DNA of 63,033 nucleotides, counting the filler, from Craspedostauros australis (Eukaryota): assembly GCA_030167865.1 (NCBI GenBank). It is 16 parts of 16 records of this genome, joined end to end, with 100 filler letters (N's around TTAATTAATTAA, not from the genome) between each part and the next. Parts side by side here need not be neighbours in the genome. Positions count along the whole stretch, not along the records: positions 45,724 to 55,105 come from JALAGF010004872.1; positions 55,206 to 60,582 come from JALAGF010004874.1; positions 60,683 to 63,033 come from JALAGF010004876.1; 13 more parts are not named here. One strand, given 5' to 3'. The stretch's first letter is position 1. Every line of letters starts with the position of its first letter. Position numbers and translations under genes: made by a program. The notes under the pieces are model-generated. The model searched no databases. It was not told where the DNA came from and saw only the letters and a program-made list of their open reading frames with translations. Shown piece after piece: positions 50,335 to 62,908 of this stretch.

Positions 50335-52185
50335 TGTGGGATATGCACTGCACGTCTTGAGGAATCAGTGAGAATGGTCATGAGAGAAAACGCAACGAAG
50401 ACGACGGAGATGACGAAGCTCAGCAACAAGCAACAGCATACAACGAGCAACAGGTACAGTTGAAAAGAAGGGCAAGAGAAAGACAGATCGTGAGAGATGG
50501 ATGTCAGTTGGTTGGATTTGGAACGGCATGATCAACTCCCTTCCCACAATGGATGGGTCTCCAGAACAGTACAATACAGCACAACACAATACCACACCAT
50601 ACCAACCGTCCATCCTCCCGAATTGAACGGGCCTGGCACAAGCACAATCTCCATCACAACGAGGAGACACTGTGGTGGGCCTTCCTTGTCAGTGTGAATG
50701 TCATTGGTAGTGTCAGTGTGCATGTGAATATCCGTTGGTGGGGTATCGATTCGTTCCCTCAGTTCGACGAAGTTGGAATGGTTCGAAATACAATATGATG
50801 CCAGGCCTGCATCCAACCACATTCTTACCTTTGTTCTTTCCAGAACCTTGAGATTGCTGCGTTTGTTGATTGTGTTGTCTGTTATCGAAGTTGTGGCCAG
50901 CACTGAGGATCGTTTCTTCGCTTGTTTCAAGTGCAGCAGAAACGTGCCAAGATGCGGACTTCGTGGTTGCCACGCCAAGAAAGGAACCAAGGCAATGGAT
51001 TGTCCTGTCTTGCCGTTGTCACGATGATTGTCTTGTTGGAGGAGTTGGTGCTCTGCGGATGTTGGCGATCCTTTCGCTGCTGATTGCGACTGTCGTTGTC
51101 ACTGGCGACAATGCAGATGAAGATGCAGATGGAGAGGAAGATGGCCTTGGTTCTGAGGAAGATTGGTGTTTGTGTTGTTGTTGTCGCCTTTTTGGCCCAG
51201 TAACTGTTCGTGGTCGTGTTTGATTTCGTCGTTGTGTTTGTTGTTGTTGTTGTTGTTTCTTTCGCTGTGCCGAAAGTCTGTGGAGTTCTGAGATGTTCTG
51301 TGGTTCACAGGTTTCCATTTCTTCGTTGTTGGAACTCGTCAGGTTTTGCTGCAACCGATTCAAACTCTGTGTTGGTTCAAATTTGATTCCGACAAGAAAA
51401 AGACGACGATTGACCCATGCGACCGATTGGTTGATCGAATCGTGTGATTGACTTGCACGAATAAAACAGTCTTGTTGTGGACTTCAGAGAGCATTCTAGG
51501 TATTTGAATGTAGAGAGAGCGACAGAGAGTCGCCTGAAAGCGCATTGTAACTTAACTATCGTCTCCTTGTGATCTGATGCCATGCATCTGACCCATGGCT
51601 GCATTTGATTCGAAATCCAGTTCCAAACCAATGCCACCTCCATTCACACGAACATGCTGGCAGGAGCATGTTGCGCACAGTGACAGAGGAGTTGCAACAT
51701 GTCACGCAAAGTGTCGTGTGTGCTGTGTTGTGTTGTGCTGTGCTGTGCCATCATCCAGGCGTCTTTGCTCGAAGAGGTCCATTCTCACGTGTTGGTCAAC
51801 CAATGGAGCCAGTACCAAACAGGATAGAGCACAGCCGTAGTCGTAGCGGAAAAGAACCCAGGACGGTTGGGTTTCGTTCTGGCTCATGGAGTAGTCGTTG
51901 CCACCCACCGCAGGCGACAGTGCTAGGACCGGGTGCAATGCTCGCTCATTTAGAATACAATTGTAGAATACTACACTACACTATGCTCTGCAATGCAACA
52001 CAATCCAATGCAGCTCCATATCTACAAGCACATGGACCAATGCAGAAGAGTACTCCAAACACACATTTCGACTTATACTATATCAGTCCACACAATCGAC
52101 TCTGTCTACTCTAATCCACTCTGCTCTATTCTATTCGATTCCATTACATTCCATGTTTTGCCATGGCATGCCATTCTACGACACT

Positions 52186-52725
52186 CTACAAATCAGAATC
52201 CACCGCTGGACCACCAACTGCCGGGCCAGCAACAATGCTGTACCCGCCATCCACATAGATCGTCTGACCTGTGATGCCTCTCCCACCCATCGACAAGAAT
52301 GACACCGTGTCCGCAACCTCATCCACCGTCACATTCCCAACAGTGCACGTTCCTGCATCTCCTGTCGCATTCCTCCAAAGTTGGCGATGCCGCCCTTGGC
52401 TGCCACCGTGTTCAAGGGACCCGCGCTGACCGCGTTGACAAGCACAGGTGTCATCTCCAGTGCCAGACCGCGCACGATGGATTCCAGGCTGGCCTTGGCC
52501 GGTCCCATGACATGATACGATGGGATGGCGTGCACTGATCCCAAGTACGTCAAGGCTGTGATGGTGGCGTGGCGTTCCATGTGAGGTTGTGCATGTCATG
52601 CCAGTTCGATGAGGGAGTATGCTGAGATGGTATGGGCCTATTGATAGTAGTCTTCCAAGGTGGTATTCAGCAAGGGTCGGTCTAGATTGTTGGCAAATGC
52701 CACGGAATGCAGGATGGCATGCAAT
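52186..52725 (-). pseudogene. fabI: Enoyl-ACP reductase FabI pseudogene fragment (bacterial-type active-site loop)
   Basis: LHSVAFA, ISAYSL, LTYLGS, YHVMGPAKASLES, VNAVSAGP, ITGQTIYVDGG; two premature stops and a frameshift near 52345; no N-terminal Rossmann motif seen. Confidence 0.88.
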
Positions 52726-53052
52726 GGACGATGGTGTTGTGACATGTGTCGAAAGAGTTTGGGCATCGCAAACGAGGCCTGTCAATGACGGATGTTGAGT
52801 TTGCTTCTGTCCTTCCGTTGGTCGCCCACATTTGAATCATGGATATGGCGTGTCCTGTAGTTGCATCATGTAGACTATCTCTATCCCTCAGAGAGCGTCT
52901 TCATGAGCGGGAAGAAAGAGACATGCCCGGAACAGTATGAGTACGCAGCTTCATCTCCAAAATCGAGTCTGCTCTACAACGACTATTACATAATATTATA
53001 TGACGTTCCCATACACCATCAAGTGCCAACGCCAACAGCGTCAACCCGCCGC

Positions 53053-54558
53053 TCATCCTTCCGCCACGATCCTATCGAAGATGCGCATGCAATGCAGCAG
53101 CTGGTCGCCCGTGAACCCGAACGTGATGAGGCACATATTCTGCAGATGCTTCAGGAACAGCCACCGCAACCCGACGAGCTGCTTGTGATTCTCGTGCACG
53201 AACTGGACGGTCTTGTCGAGCAACATCTCGCGCATGGGGAAGGGACGCTGCTGCCGTCGCATGAACGTGCCCCACAGTCGGAAGAATCGGCGCTCGACGT
53301 CGGGGATGTCTTCGAATTCGGACAACATGCCGTTGCACAAAGCGTCCATGGGCTCCTGATCGGAGTCGTCATCGGTGCTGTCGTCCTCGAACGTGACGTA
53401 CTGCTTGACCTGGTTGGATCGGCGGTGGTAGTACTTGCGGATGGGTTGTGGCGAATGCTTGGGCACCATGCTCGGCGGCGGTGCCAAGCATTCCTTGCGA
53501 TCGAGCGTGAGCGGCACGAGCCGCACGGGTGCGACCTGGCGCTGCTTGGGTGGCGCGGCGATCTTGATGGGTGGCTTCGTCTTGCGTCGCTTGCCACCTC
53601 GCCACTGCCGTGACTTGCGTTTCTGCGCGCGGTTGCGATTCGCGACGTGGTCGTGACGCACGAAGGTGTAGTTGGCATAGATGACTTCGGAGAGGCTGAT
53701 GTCGATGGGGCGTATGGAGAGATGGTAGACGTTGCCGTACAGCCTTCCCGTGCCGTGCTGCATCTGCAGCACATCGCAAACGAAGTACGGATGCTGGCTG
53801 TGCGACTTGACGTGCCGTATCAGGCTCGGCACATTCTTGCAGTTCATGCTGCACAGCGGACAGCGCGGTTGCTTCGTGACGTACGCGGACGTGTTCCAGA
53901 ACGTCGTTTTGTGGTTGCCGTTCGGCGATCCGCTGGGATCGCGGGAGGGGCTGGCATTGCTGATGCCCTTGGTGGAATGCTGCGGTCCCTGTGAGGTGCC
54001 GTTGCCTCTGTCAGTCCCATCACCGTCGCTCTCGTACACGTTGACCACGGAGATGGCGATCGTCGGGGTTGGGATGGGCTGCGATTGCGCTGGATCCCCG
54101 TCTTTGGTCACGACCACCTTGCGATCCCACAGCGGCGTCAGGGTCCTGGTGAGAAAGGGTCTGCGCCCCAGCAAATGACGAAACTGCTGCGCCTCCTTGC
54201 GTATCACGTTGCGATTGGACGGATAGAGGCGCTTGGGGACCTTCTTCTTCGTTGCAGCGGCCTTTCCTTTGCGTCCTTGCTGTCGCACCGTCGCCGATCG
54301 TTTGGCAGCTGGTTTGCTGTCATGAATCTCCCAGTGAAATGATGCAGAAGCGGACGGAGATGCCGATGGTGGAGCAGCAGCAGCTGGTGCAGGCTTGTGC
54401 TTCTTAGCCGGAGGCTTCTTGGGCACATCCCAGATCTCGCCGTCGATGCTGCTGTCCGATGCGAAGGTGATTGCGGACGATATCGTCGCAAAGGAGGTCG
54501 CAACGGCAGTCGAAGCGCTGTTCCTTGACGGGTTCCTGCGTTTGAGCTTGCGCTCCAT
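53053..54558 (-). CDS. SUZ12/VRN2/EMF2-like PRC2 subunit (C2H2 finger and VEFS box)
   Basis: CPLCSMNC..LIRHVKSH, then RKYYH..DDDSD..LSEFEDI..ERRFFRLWGTFM..FLKHLQNM. Confidence 0.8.
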   Translation of the reverse strand: MERKLKRRNPSRNSASTAVATSFATISSAITFASDSSIDGEIWDVPKKPPAKKHKPAPAAAAPPSASPSASASFHWEIHDSKPAAKRSATVRQQGRKGKAAATKKKVPKRLYPSNRNVIRKEAQQFRHLLGRRPFLTRTLTPLWDRKVVVTKDGDPAQSQPIPTPTIAISVVNVYESDGDGTDRGNGTSQGPQHSTKGISNASPSRDPSGSPNGNHKTTFWNTSAYVTKQPRCPLCSMNCKNVPSLIRHVKSHSQHPYFVCDVLQMQHGTGRLYGNVYHLSIRPIDISLSEVIYANYTFVRHDHVANRNRAQKRKSRQWRGGKRRKTKPPIKIAAPPKQRQVAPVRLVPLTLDRKECLAPPPSMVPKHSPQPIRKYYHRRSNQVKQYVTFEDDSTDDDSDQEPMDALCNGMLSEFEDIPDVERRFFRLWGTFMRRQQRPFPMREMLLDKTVQFVHENHKQLVGLRWLFLKHLQNMCLITFGFTGDQLLHCMRIFDRIVAEG

Positions 54559-55205
54559 CTCCGATTCAGCGTGTTCTATTCAATGAACGCTTGGAGTAGA
54601 CGCACAGTAGCGCGAGGACTGATTCTCCAGAAAGTGTAGTGGGTGGAAGTGCTCTTGGCGCGTAGAATGACATATAATGCCATGTAATGTAATAGAATAC
54701 CATGTAATGCCATGTAATGCGAGCTATGATAGCGTCGTCTTCCTCGCAGAACCGTCTCGTTCCGCACGGGCTCTGTTGGGCGCTCTGTTGGACGCAGGCT
54801 GCACTACTATTCGTATAAATACGATCTGCGGTATCTACGAGGATCGAACGGAGCGAAGTTCGCAGCGTGTTCCACCGAGCAATCCTCAGGCACTGCGAGT
54901 ATGCTGGGACTATCCTCCCGAGTCCGTTCTTGCCTGCTTCGAGCACCAACCCCAGCTACTTGCGATCGTTCATCTCCACCTGTCGTCGGATGGTGCGAGT
55001 GTGGGTTTGGGCGTGGATAGATCACACAAGTGGGGACCTTGCGCTGTTGTCTTTTGTTGTCTCCGGTGTCCTGCGGTGGTCATGGCAGCATCCACGCGAA
55101 GCGCANNNNNNNNNNNNNNNNNNNNNNNNNNNNNNNNNNNNNNNNNNNNTTAATTAATTAANNNNNNNNNNNNNNNNNNNNNNNNNNNNNNNNNNNNNNN
55201 NNNNN

Positions 55206-57047
55206 GGTGGTACGAGAACGACGGGACGTGGCAGTGGTGGAGGTCGGCGTTGACGAATGAGATCTTTGATTCTCATACCGATCCAATACGAGTGTTTGTG
55301 CCGGTACGGCAACGCAGCAGGCGGCTGAAGTCTTACAGACAGCGAGGGACGACACCGGAGCTCCCGGATCGAGTGAATCGAGTGGTGGTGGCGGTTACCG
55401 AACGNGGGATCACATGGGATGGGCGAATTGGCTTGGAACGTGAGCCTGACGAACCCGCGANACCATACGATCCGGTTGAAGATCTCGGGGGTGATGCCAC
55501 ATGGGATCGANTGCTGACGGCAGCACGCAACCACACCCTGCTGCTGGTGAGTGATGGGTCGTTCAAGGCGGCTCGTGGGACCTCGTGCTCTATTATGTTC
55601 AACGAGGTCACACAGCAACACGTGGCGTGCAACACTTTTGTCCCAGGGCCAGCATCGGTTCACAGTTCGTACAGAAGAGAACTCGCAGGAGTGTGGGCGT
55701 CCCTCGAGATGCTGGATATGATCCCAGGCCTCGACGAAGGGTGTTCGGTTACCATAGCCCTTGATGGGTTGCAAGCGCTCCGCCAGGCCCAGGAAGGCTT
55801 TGTGCGGCCCAGTAAAAAGGACTGGGATATTCTTGTGGAGATCCATCGGCTGAGAAAGAGAATTCGTGCCAATCTGAAATGGGAGTGGGTGCGCGGTCAT
55901 CAAGACGATACGGGTAAGACCTTGTCCATGCTTGAGAGGCTGAACGTCGAATGCGACAAGCGAGCCAAGGCATTCTGGGAGGTAACAGCCTCTCGAAGGA
56001 GGGTTCGACGCTGGAAATCGGCGACACAACGGTGGACGCTTGAGATCAGCGGGGAGCACTTTTCGCACGTTGGGCAGTCAGAGATATACAAGACTCTGCA
56101 GTCCACGGCGACTTTGGCGTATTGGGCCAAGAAGTTTGGCTGGAGCATGGGTGTCGCTCGGGAAGTTGACTGGGAGGGCTACCAAGGCTCGAGAGCCGCG
56201 AAGAAAAACCGGGAAGTGACGAAGTTTGTGACCAAGTGGTCGTCCGGGTTTGTTGGCGTGGGTCGCAAGATGAAGCAAATGGGACAGCAGGACAGCGCGA
56301 AGTGTAACTTTTGCGGGTCTGAGGAAACCACACAACATGTCCTGAGATGCGGTGAACATGAGGCTGAGTGGAGTCAGGTGACCCAGGAGCTGCTTGACAG
56401 AATGCAGGTCATTGGTACGGCACCAAGGCTAGTGGCGAACATGCGCGTTGGGCTGGTCCGTTGGCGACGGCGTCAAGAGGTGGCAGGCATCCAAAAAGGC
56501 ATCGGGTGGTATCCGTTGATGCTGGGATTCTTCCACAAGGATTGGCGACGACAACAAGCCCAGTGGATGAAGAATCATGCGTGTCGATATCATGACGATT
56601 TGGCGTGGATGAAGGAGGTGGTGCGTTGGGTTTGGAAAGTGCCATGGGGAGTCTGGTTGGCGCGCAATGCGAAGGTACACGACGCAGATCAACACCCATC
56701 GCTTGCGGATCTTCGGAGGCAGGTGCGGAGGTTGACTGGTGGTGTCAGCCAGGACATGACAGAGGCAGAGGTGGTGCTCCTTCGTGAGGGGCACCAGATG
56801 GAATACGCAGCGGAGTCGCAGATGCGGCAATGGATACTTGACGTGACGGCGGTTCATGCAAGAGTGTCTGCCCGGAGACGGGCGCGCACCATGCAGAACG
56901 AGAGACAGCTCATGAGTAGTTGGCTTGGCCTGACGGGTTGAGGTGTCCGACGGCTCGTTCGAAGCTTGGCCTTACGGGGCCGGTGGAGGCGAGGATAAAG
57001 CCTACAGAGCACATTTCTAATGTAATCCTTGAGTTATTATTATTATT
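55206..57047 (+). mobile_element. 3' end of a non-LTR retrotransposon: ORF2 RNase H and CCHC knuckle (stop at 56941), short 3' UTR, (TTA)n tail
   Basis: VSDGS, SYRRELAG, WVRGHQDD, LNVECDKRAK; CNFCGSEETTQHVLRC; TTATTATTATTATT at 57034-57047. Confidence 0.9.
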
Positions 57048-57897
57048 CGTGGTGAACAAGGTCTGCGCCTCGGTCCTCAATGCCACCCAATCAACTCGAA
57101 GCCAGCTGGGCGAGGCTACTTCTCTCGTTTGCATGGCTTGATGTTTGGAACCTAACTTCCGTGCATTTCTCGCACTGCTCTCTTCTGCCATTAAATACTT
57201 CCAAGTCGATTTACCGCTGCTTCGTTCTGTTCGTCTCACGATTTGTATGTTGAAGTGTTGCGATTTGTGCGCCAAGTCAAGAACATGTCAATAAATGGAA
57301 TCGGGCCCTTGAGCATAATCACATTCTTTGATCTGTCGTGACAAACGCGGAAAGTCTCAACAACATCTCTGTCAAAAAGGCACAGGAAGAATAGCAAAAC
57401 CTCAAACACCACGAACGCACACGATCGAAACCCTTCGCTGTGCAGATGTGGTGGGTCCAAACAGGTACTATGAGGCACAACCCGCGAGTGCTTCTGTGGA
57501 CGGTCCTTTGTGCACCATCGCAACAACAATCGCGACGGCCCAGAGTCACAACGGGTGCTCTGGTGGTGGTGTAAGGCCTCGGTAGAAGCAGCAGCACAGC
57601 CGTGCGCCAATGCACAGTGGAAAGGAACAGCAAGAGCAACATCAGTGCCACAACATCTCACCGAACTGGTTGCGGAAGATTGCGAACAGCAAGGAGCAAG
57701 AGAGCCACAACCGCAGCAATCAAGAGCTGAGCAGAGCAGAGCAGAGTACTCTTGAAGTAGAATCGAGCATTATTTCCCTCTCTTCCATCCGAAGATTCCC
57801 ATACCGCAGCATACCGTACTCGTACATATCCCTATACACGACACGAGTACTAGAGTATTCCAGAGAGTAAGATCGAAGGAGGAAGGCCAGTCTCACC

Positions 57898-60582
57898 ATG
57901 CATACTCGCAAAGACAGCACCAACCCTGACAACGGAGCTGCTGGCAACGGCGATGATCTGGAGATGGGCAAAGCGCAGCCGGCTGCCAACCTCACCCTCA
58001 GCGACATCCACGATGGCGACGAAATGAGCGACATCAACGACATCCAAAGCGACGGGGGCGCTTCGTGGGTCGGCAGAGTCTTTGATAGGGGGCAGAGGCA
58101 GAGGCAGGATCACAATCATGGCGGCAAACGCCACAACCCTGTTCGTGGCCTGGGGCGGCAGAACAGCAGCAGAAGGAACCGCAAGAAGGGCAACGGGATG
58201 TTCGGACGCCAACCAAGGCACAATGCGGAGGGCCAGCAAGCCGACCTCGTCGACATGGTGGAGTCTGTGGATGCCTACGGTCAAATCCAGCCCGAGATCA
58301 ACAGCCACACGCGACGCCAGACTCTGATCTCCCACGTTTCCTTGATGGACTTCTTCAGCTACAACAGGAACAACAACCGCCAGGTCAGGAGCGGCGGCTT
58401 CGAAAGACAGGCATCGAGCTTGTCAAGCCATCTCCGGGACCAGCAACCGAGCTGCCGTCGCAAGTCGGATCGGTTTCGCAGATCGTTCGAATTGCAAGGA
58501 GATCACTTCTCGCAAACCACGGCTCATGCCACGAAGATGCAACAGCATATCCTCGACGCGGCTGGCATCTCACGCAACTCGTTCGAAGCCAGGTCCGTGG
58601 CCATCCTGAGATGGACAGTCATCATCGTCTGGCTGACGGCAGCCTGCATCATCAGCCTGCTTCTTGTCAAGGAGTACGCGGAAGGCAAGGAGGAAGATGA
58701 GTTTCGATTCCAGTTCAAGGCCAACGCTGACAAGCTGGTCAGCAGCTTCCGTGCTTCGACGGACACCAAGCTCAATGCCATCAATGCTCTGTCCACCTAC
58801 ATCACTGTCTTTGCGCAGGAAACGAACTCGGAGTTCCCGTTTGTCACGTTGCCTGGCTTTGTCATGGCTGCTGCCAATACCCGCATCTCCACAGAATCGC
58901 CGCTGATCGACTGGCTGCCATTGGTGAAGGAGGAGCAGCGGGAACGATGGGAAAAGTACGCATACGAAAACAGATTCCAGGCTAATCGAGACTACAAGTT
59001 GGATGCCTTCTTTCGCACGAAGCAGGACATTGAACTGGGTTACCTGGATGCGGAAGAAGGAGCTAAAGAACTGGCAAAGTACGAAGGCTACAACGACGAT
59101 GTCTACGTCAATCCCCCACTCGAGAACATGACCGTTGTCAACAACACCGTCATAGACGGAACGTTTTACCATCCGAAGATCTGGTCGTATCGAAATGGTG
59201 GGGCTGCCAAAGAAACCGGAACAGGCCCATATCTCCCTGTATGGCAACGAGCCCCCGTCAGTGGCAGGCAACAGGCTGGATTGAATAACGACGGCGCTTC
59301 GGCCCCTATCCGAGCTGGTATCCTCCCTTACCTCTTCAATCAGAAGAAGCGAGGCGTTCTGCTACATCGTTCGATGATTCCAATCCTACAAGGTGCCAAT
59401 CTTCCGAAGCAATCTGGACTGATAACGCAGTTTCGTCACGACGATGAAGCCTATGCCGGAGATCCAGCTACCACGATGTCGTATCCTGTCTTTGACGACT
59501 ACGGTACTGGCAACTTGATCGGGGTCTTGTCAATCGCCTTGTATTGGAGGCTGTTGTTCACTGATATTCTACCATCCAACGCCAAAGGGTACATCTGCGT
59601 CCTGGAAAACAAGTTCAACCAAACACTCGCCTACAGAGTCGATGGTGATCAGGCGCGATTCATCGGCGAGTTTGATCCCGGGGCCATCGATAGGCTCGAC
59701 TACATATTCCACGATATGGTCGTCACATCACAGCTCGGTAAGGACGACAGACCTAACGCACGACCAAAGGCCGAAACGCAAGCATACACCACTCTCCCCA
59801 TCGACGAAGACTTCAACACGTACACCATCCGAATCTACCCCACCAAAGACACGTTCGATGTCTACAAAACGGATGAGCCCATCTTCTACACATGTCTCGT
59901 TGCCAGCATCTTTGCAGTGGCAGCGATGGTATTCTTGGCATACGACTTCTGCGTGCAGAAGCGACAGCAGCTGATCGCCTCCAAAGCCATCGAGAATGCG
60001 CAGAAGGCAGCAGCGGCCGAACGTGACCTCAACGAGTACATCGCACACGAGGTCCGTAATCCCTTATCGGCAGCCTTGAGCGCCTGTAGCTTCGTGGATT
60101 CGGCTGTGAACGAGAGCCGACCGTTGTCGGATGATGAGTCGAAGCAGCTCGTGCGAGAGGATGTGCAGATCATCAATTCATCGTTGACGTTTGTGAACGA
60201 GCTGCTGAGGAATCTGCTGGATCTGCATCGCGCGACGGATCGACAGATTCGCATACGCAAACGGCAGACGGCTGTGTTCGATGAAGTGCTGAAGCCGGTG
60301 GCATCGATCTTGTATCGTCGTGATGCGGGCTTCGAACTGATTGTGGAATGTTGCCCTCGACACTTGCGAGTGAGTACGGACGGCTTGCGTTTGAAGCAGG
60401 TGCTATTGAATCTCGGACGGAATGCATCGAAATTTGTGAAGAGCGGGTTTCTGCGTCTAAGGGCGGAGGTCGAAGGGGTTGATGGTGCGGATGGTGTGGA
60501 TGGTGTGGATGGTGGTAGTGGTCATGGTGGTGGAACCATTGGCACCACCAGATTCAACGACATCGACAACATGAACATGAAC
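57898..60582 (+). CDS. Membrane sensor histidine kinase (TM, CHASE-like ectodomain, TM, HisKA, HATPase); 3' truncated
   Basis: Two TM helices around a ~400-aa domain (FPFVTLP, PYLPVWQRAP, YPVFD); H-box IAHEVRNPL; N-box LRLKQVLLNLGRNASKF. Confidence 0.92.
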
Positions 60583-60682
60583 NNNNNNNNNNNNNNNNNN
60601 NNNNNNNNNNNNNNNNNNNNNNNNNNTTAATTAATTAANNNNNNNNNNNNNNNNNNNNNNNNNNNNNNNNNNNNNNNNNNNN

Positions 60683-60766
60683 ATACCATTTCGGTTCCAG
60701 TCAGTCCTCATGGGAGCTGCGGTAGAGTGTGGTATCTTTGCAAAGTCGTACCCCCGATTCCTGACA
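60683..60766 (-). mobile_element. Start of an LTR nearly identical to the 15414-15497 end of the 14720-15497 LTR
   Basis: Shared GGTTCCAGTCAGTCCTCATGGGAGCTGCGGTAGA...CCCCCGATTCCTGACA. Confidence 0.9.
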
Positions 60767-61177
60767 TTTGTTGTTGGGTGGGATATACGGTAAATAGAAT
60801 GTATCATCTCACTTTCTTCGGAAATCGTTCTCATCGTCATCGTTGCAGAGTTCATGTCGAAGGGATCATCGACGCAACGCTCAAAAGGAGCCTTTGGAGG
60901 TCACTGGCGGACACGATTGGAGTGTACAGTAGAGAGGTGTGTACTCGCATGGATGGCATTGCCCTCCGACCTACCTCTTTCGTTACCTGTACTGGACCCA
61001 TCGCCTTCCGAGGGTGCGACCTAGCATGCGATCATAGGAGCGGATGAGTCTGCTTTGGCTTCTGTTTCTCTGTTCGCATTGAACACTCATTCCTCTACGT
61101 CTTGTTGGTAGTTCGCCTTCCGAGCATGCGATCATAGCATGCGATCATAGCATGCCATCAAAGAAGCGGACGAGTAT

Positions 61178-62102
61178 TGTTGGAAATCCGGGGTACCCCA
61201 GTCTCTAGTAGTAGTCTCTGGTTACCTATTCCTGTTATTGCATTGTTGGAACTGTGAGTACANNNNNNNNNNNNNNNTCAATTCCATTTGCCAAAGCATA
61301 CATAATCCACAGTAGCACACAGTCTTGCCCTTGCTCATGCAGTGCTGTCCTCCTGTTTCATCATGTCATGCAGCATGTACTCCATGTACATCTCATCTTG
61401 CAGTATTGGTGCATCTCATCATGCATCTTGGATATTCCATCTCCTGCCCTCTACCAATAGTTTCGTTAGCGTAGACATCGCCGAGTCGTAGGCATCACAC
61501 AGATCGGTTCATTCGATCAGATCAGGGTTTCCCATTCGTCACGGGAACACCTTGGTTGGGAGCTCACTCAGCTCCTTGACCATCACACATCTCCGATCAT
61601 CTCCGATCATCTCCGATGTTTCTCCTGTCGTTTCTCCCATTACTTCGCCAATCACTTCACCGGCTTCCTGGAAGTTCGTCATCACTGGTTCGTTCACAGG
61701 CCGTCTCACACTTCATGACATTGGCCTTCCTCCAGTACTCTTTTTCATTGGTTGCGACATGGGGGCTGTAGCCGCGTGTATCATGATGTTGGTCACGATT
61801 CCAACATCCCTGCCCCCTGCGACATACATGTGTGATTGGTATTCCTGCATTGAGGTCACGGACACCATAGTCCGGTTCGCATTCGGCACGTGTCGTTCTC
61901 CAACCACAGAACACGTGCAGCTCACATTTTTCTGTGTCACAATGGTCAAAGGTGGGAGTTGCGGTAATGTAGCATTTCATGACATTCGACTCCTGACTCT
62001 TGACTTATTGGGAGGTGCGGTAATGTCGTATTTCACAATGTTCAACTCCACATTCTTGAGAGGTGCGGCAATTCGGTGTTTCACAACACCCGATTCCTGA
62101 CA
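61178..62102 (-). mobile_element. Solo LTR (~925 bp) with 6-bp TSD GAGTAT
   Basis: GAGTAT|TGTTGGAAATCCGGGG...CGATTCCTGACA|GAGTAT. Confidence 0.9.
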
Positions 62103-62467
62103 GAGTATTGCCGCTTTGGCTGTTCGGTCCGTGTGCGTGAAAGTAAAGAACATCTGTGGAAGTAGAAGGATGAGTGTCAGAGTGCGTGGTACGAATACAG
62201 CATGTGCGATGGGGGATGACGCAGCATCAATACGTACGAAACGGTACGAAAGGGTACCACTACCAATGGTTGACACCTCGGCTGCCCACTACCACCGTCA
62301 CGGATGCAAATGACAAACGTGGTGCAAATGCCACCACGCCCCCACTGATGAGTGCGATCAAGGCATTGTTGCTGCAGAGAAGCGAAGTTGCTCTCTCTGC
62401 CTCGCCGAACATTGATCTTGCCGACATGCCTGAACTCGTTTGGAACATTTATTTCCTCACCCTCACA

Positions 62468-62561
62468 ATCCATCAACACCCTCATCCATCAACACCCCTC
62501 ATCCATCAACACCCCTCATCCATCAACACCCCTCATCCATCAACACCCCTCATCCATCAAC
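62468..62561. repeat. 17-bp minisatellite, ~5.5 copies (ATCCATCAACACCCCTC)
   Basis: Directly visible. Confidence 0.93.
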
Positions 62562-62908
62562 CACCACCACGCACACTCGAGAGAGAGAGAGCCCAAGTTG
62601 CGCACGTGCCATTCACATCTTTGTCACTGGTGCGATCGACGCAAAACTCACTGACACAACCGCAGTTGCAGCCGCAGCCACATTCATATCCAACAATGAA
62701 TACGTTGCCTACACTGCCAGGTGCAAACCTCGTCGATGGAGGTGATGAGAATCCTGAACCACGTGCTCAGGAGGCAGGATGGACCTGTGGAGGTAGGAGG
62801 GTTCCTTTGGCGTTCCTGGTCGCCGGTGTAGCTGGTGTAGCTGGTGCCATTGCAGCAGTCGTAGTGTTTCTCCTAAGTGACGAGAGCAGCAGCAACAACA
62901 ACACAAAT

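Noticed and set aside
50532..51363. Q-rich small gene
   Set aside because: Fragmented across frames and stops with no recognisable domain; possibly a pseudogene but not supportable
52861..53613. 250-aa plus-strand ORF
   Set aside because: Antisense shadow of the SUZ12-like CDS with no motifs
46945..54558. Treating the NTPase-nuclease, FabI and SUZ12-like genes as a functional cluster
   Set aside because: Eukaryotic neighbours with unrelated functions, one a pseudogene; nothing beyond shared strand links them
12122..60682. Recurring TTAATTAATTAA as a CRISPR-like or biological repeat
   Set aside because: Always centred in an exact 100-bp N block; an assembly linker
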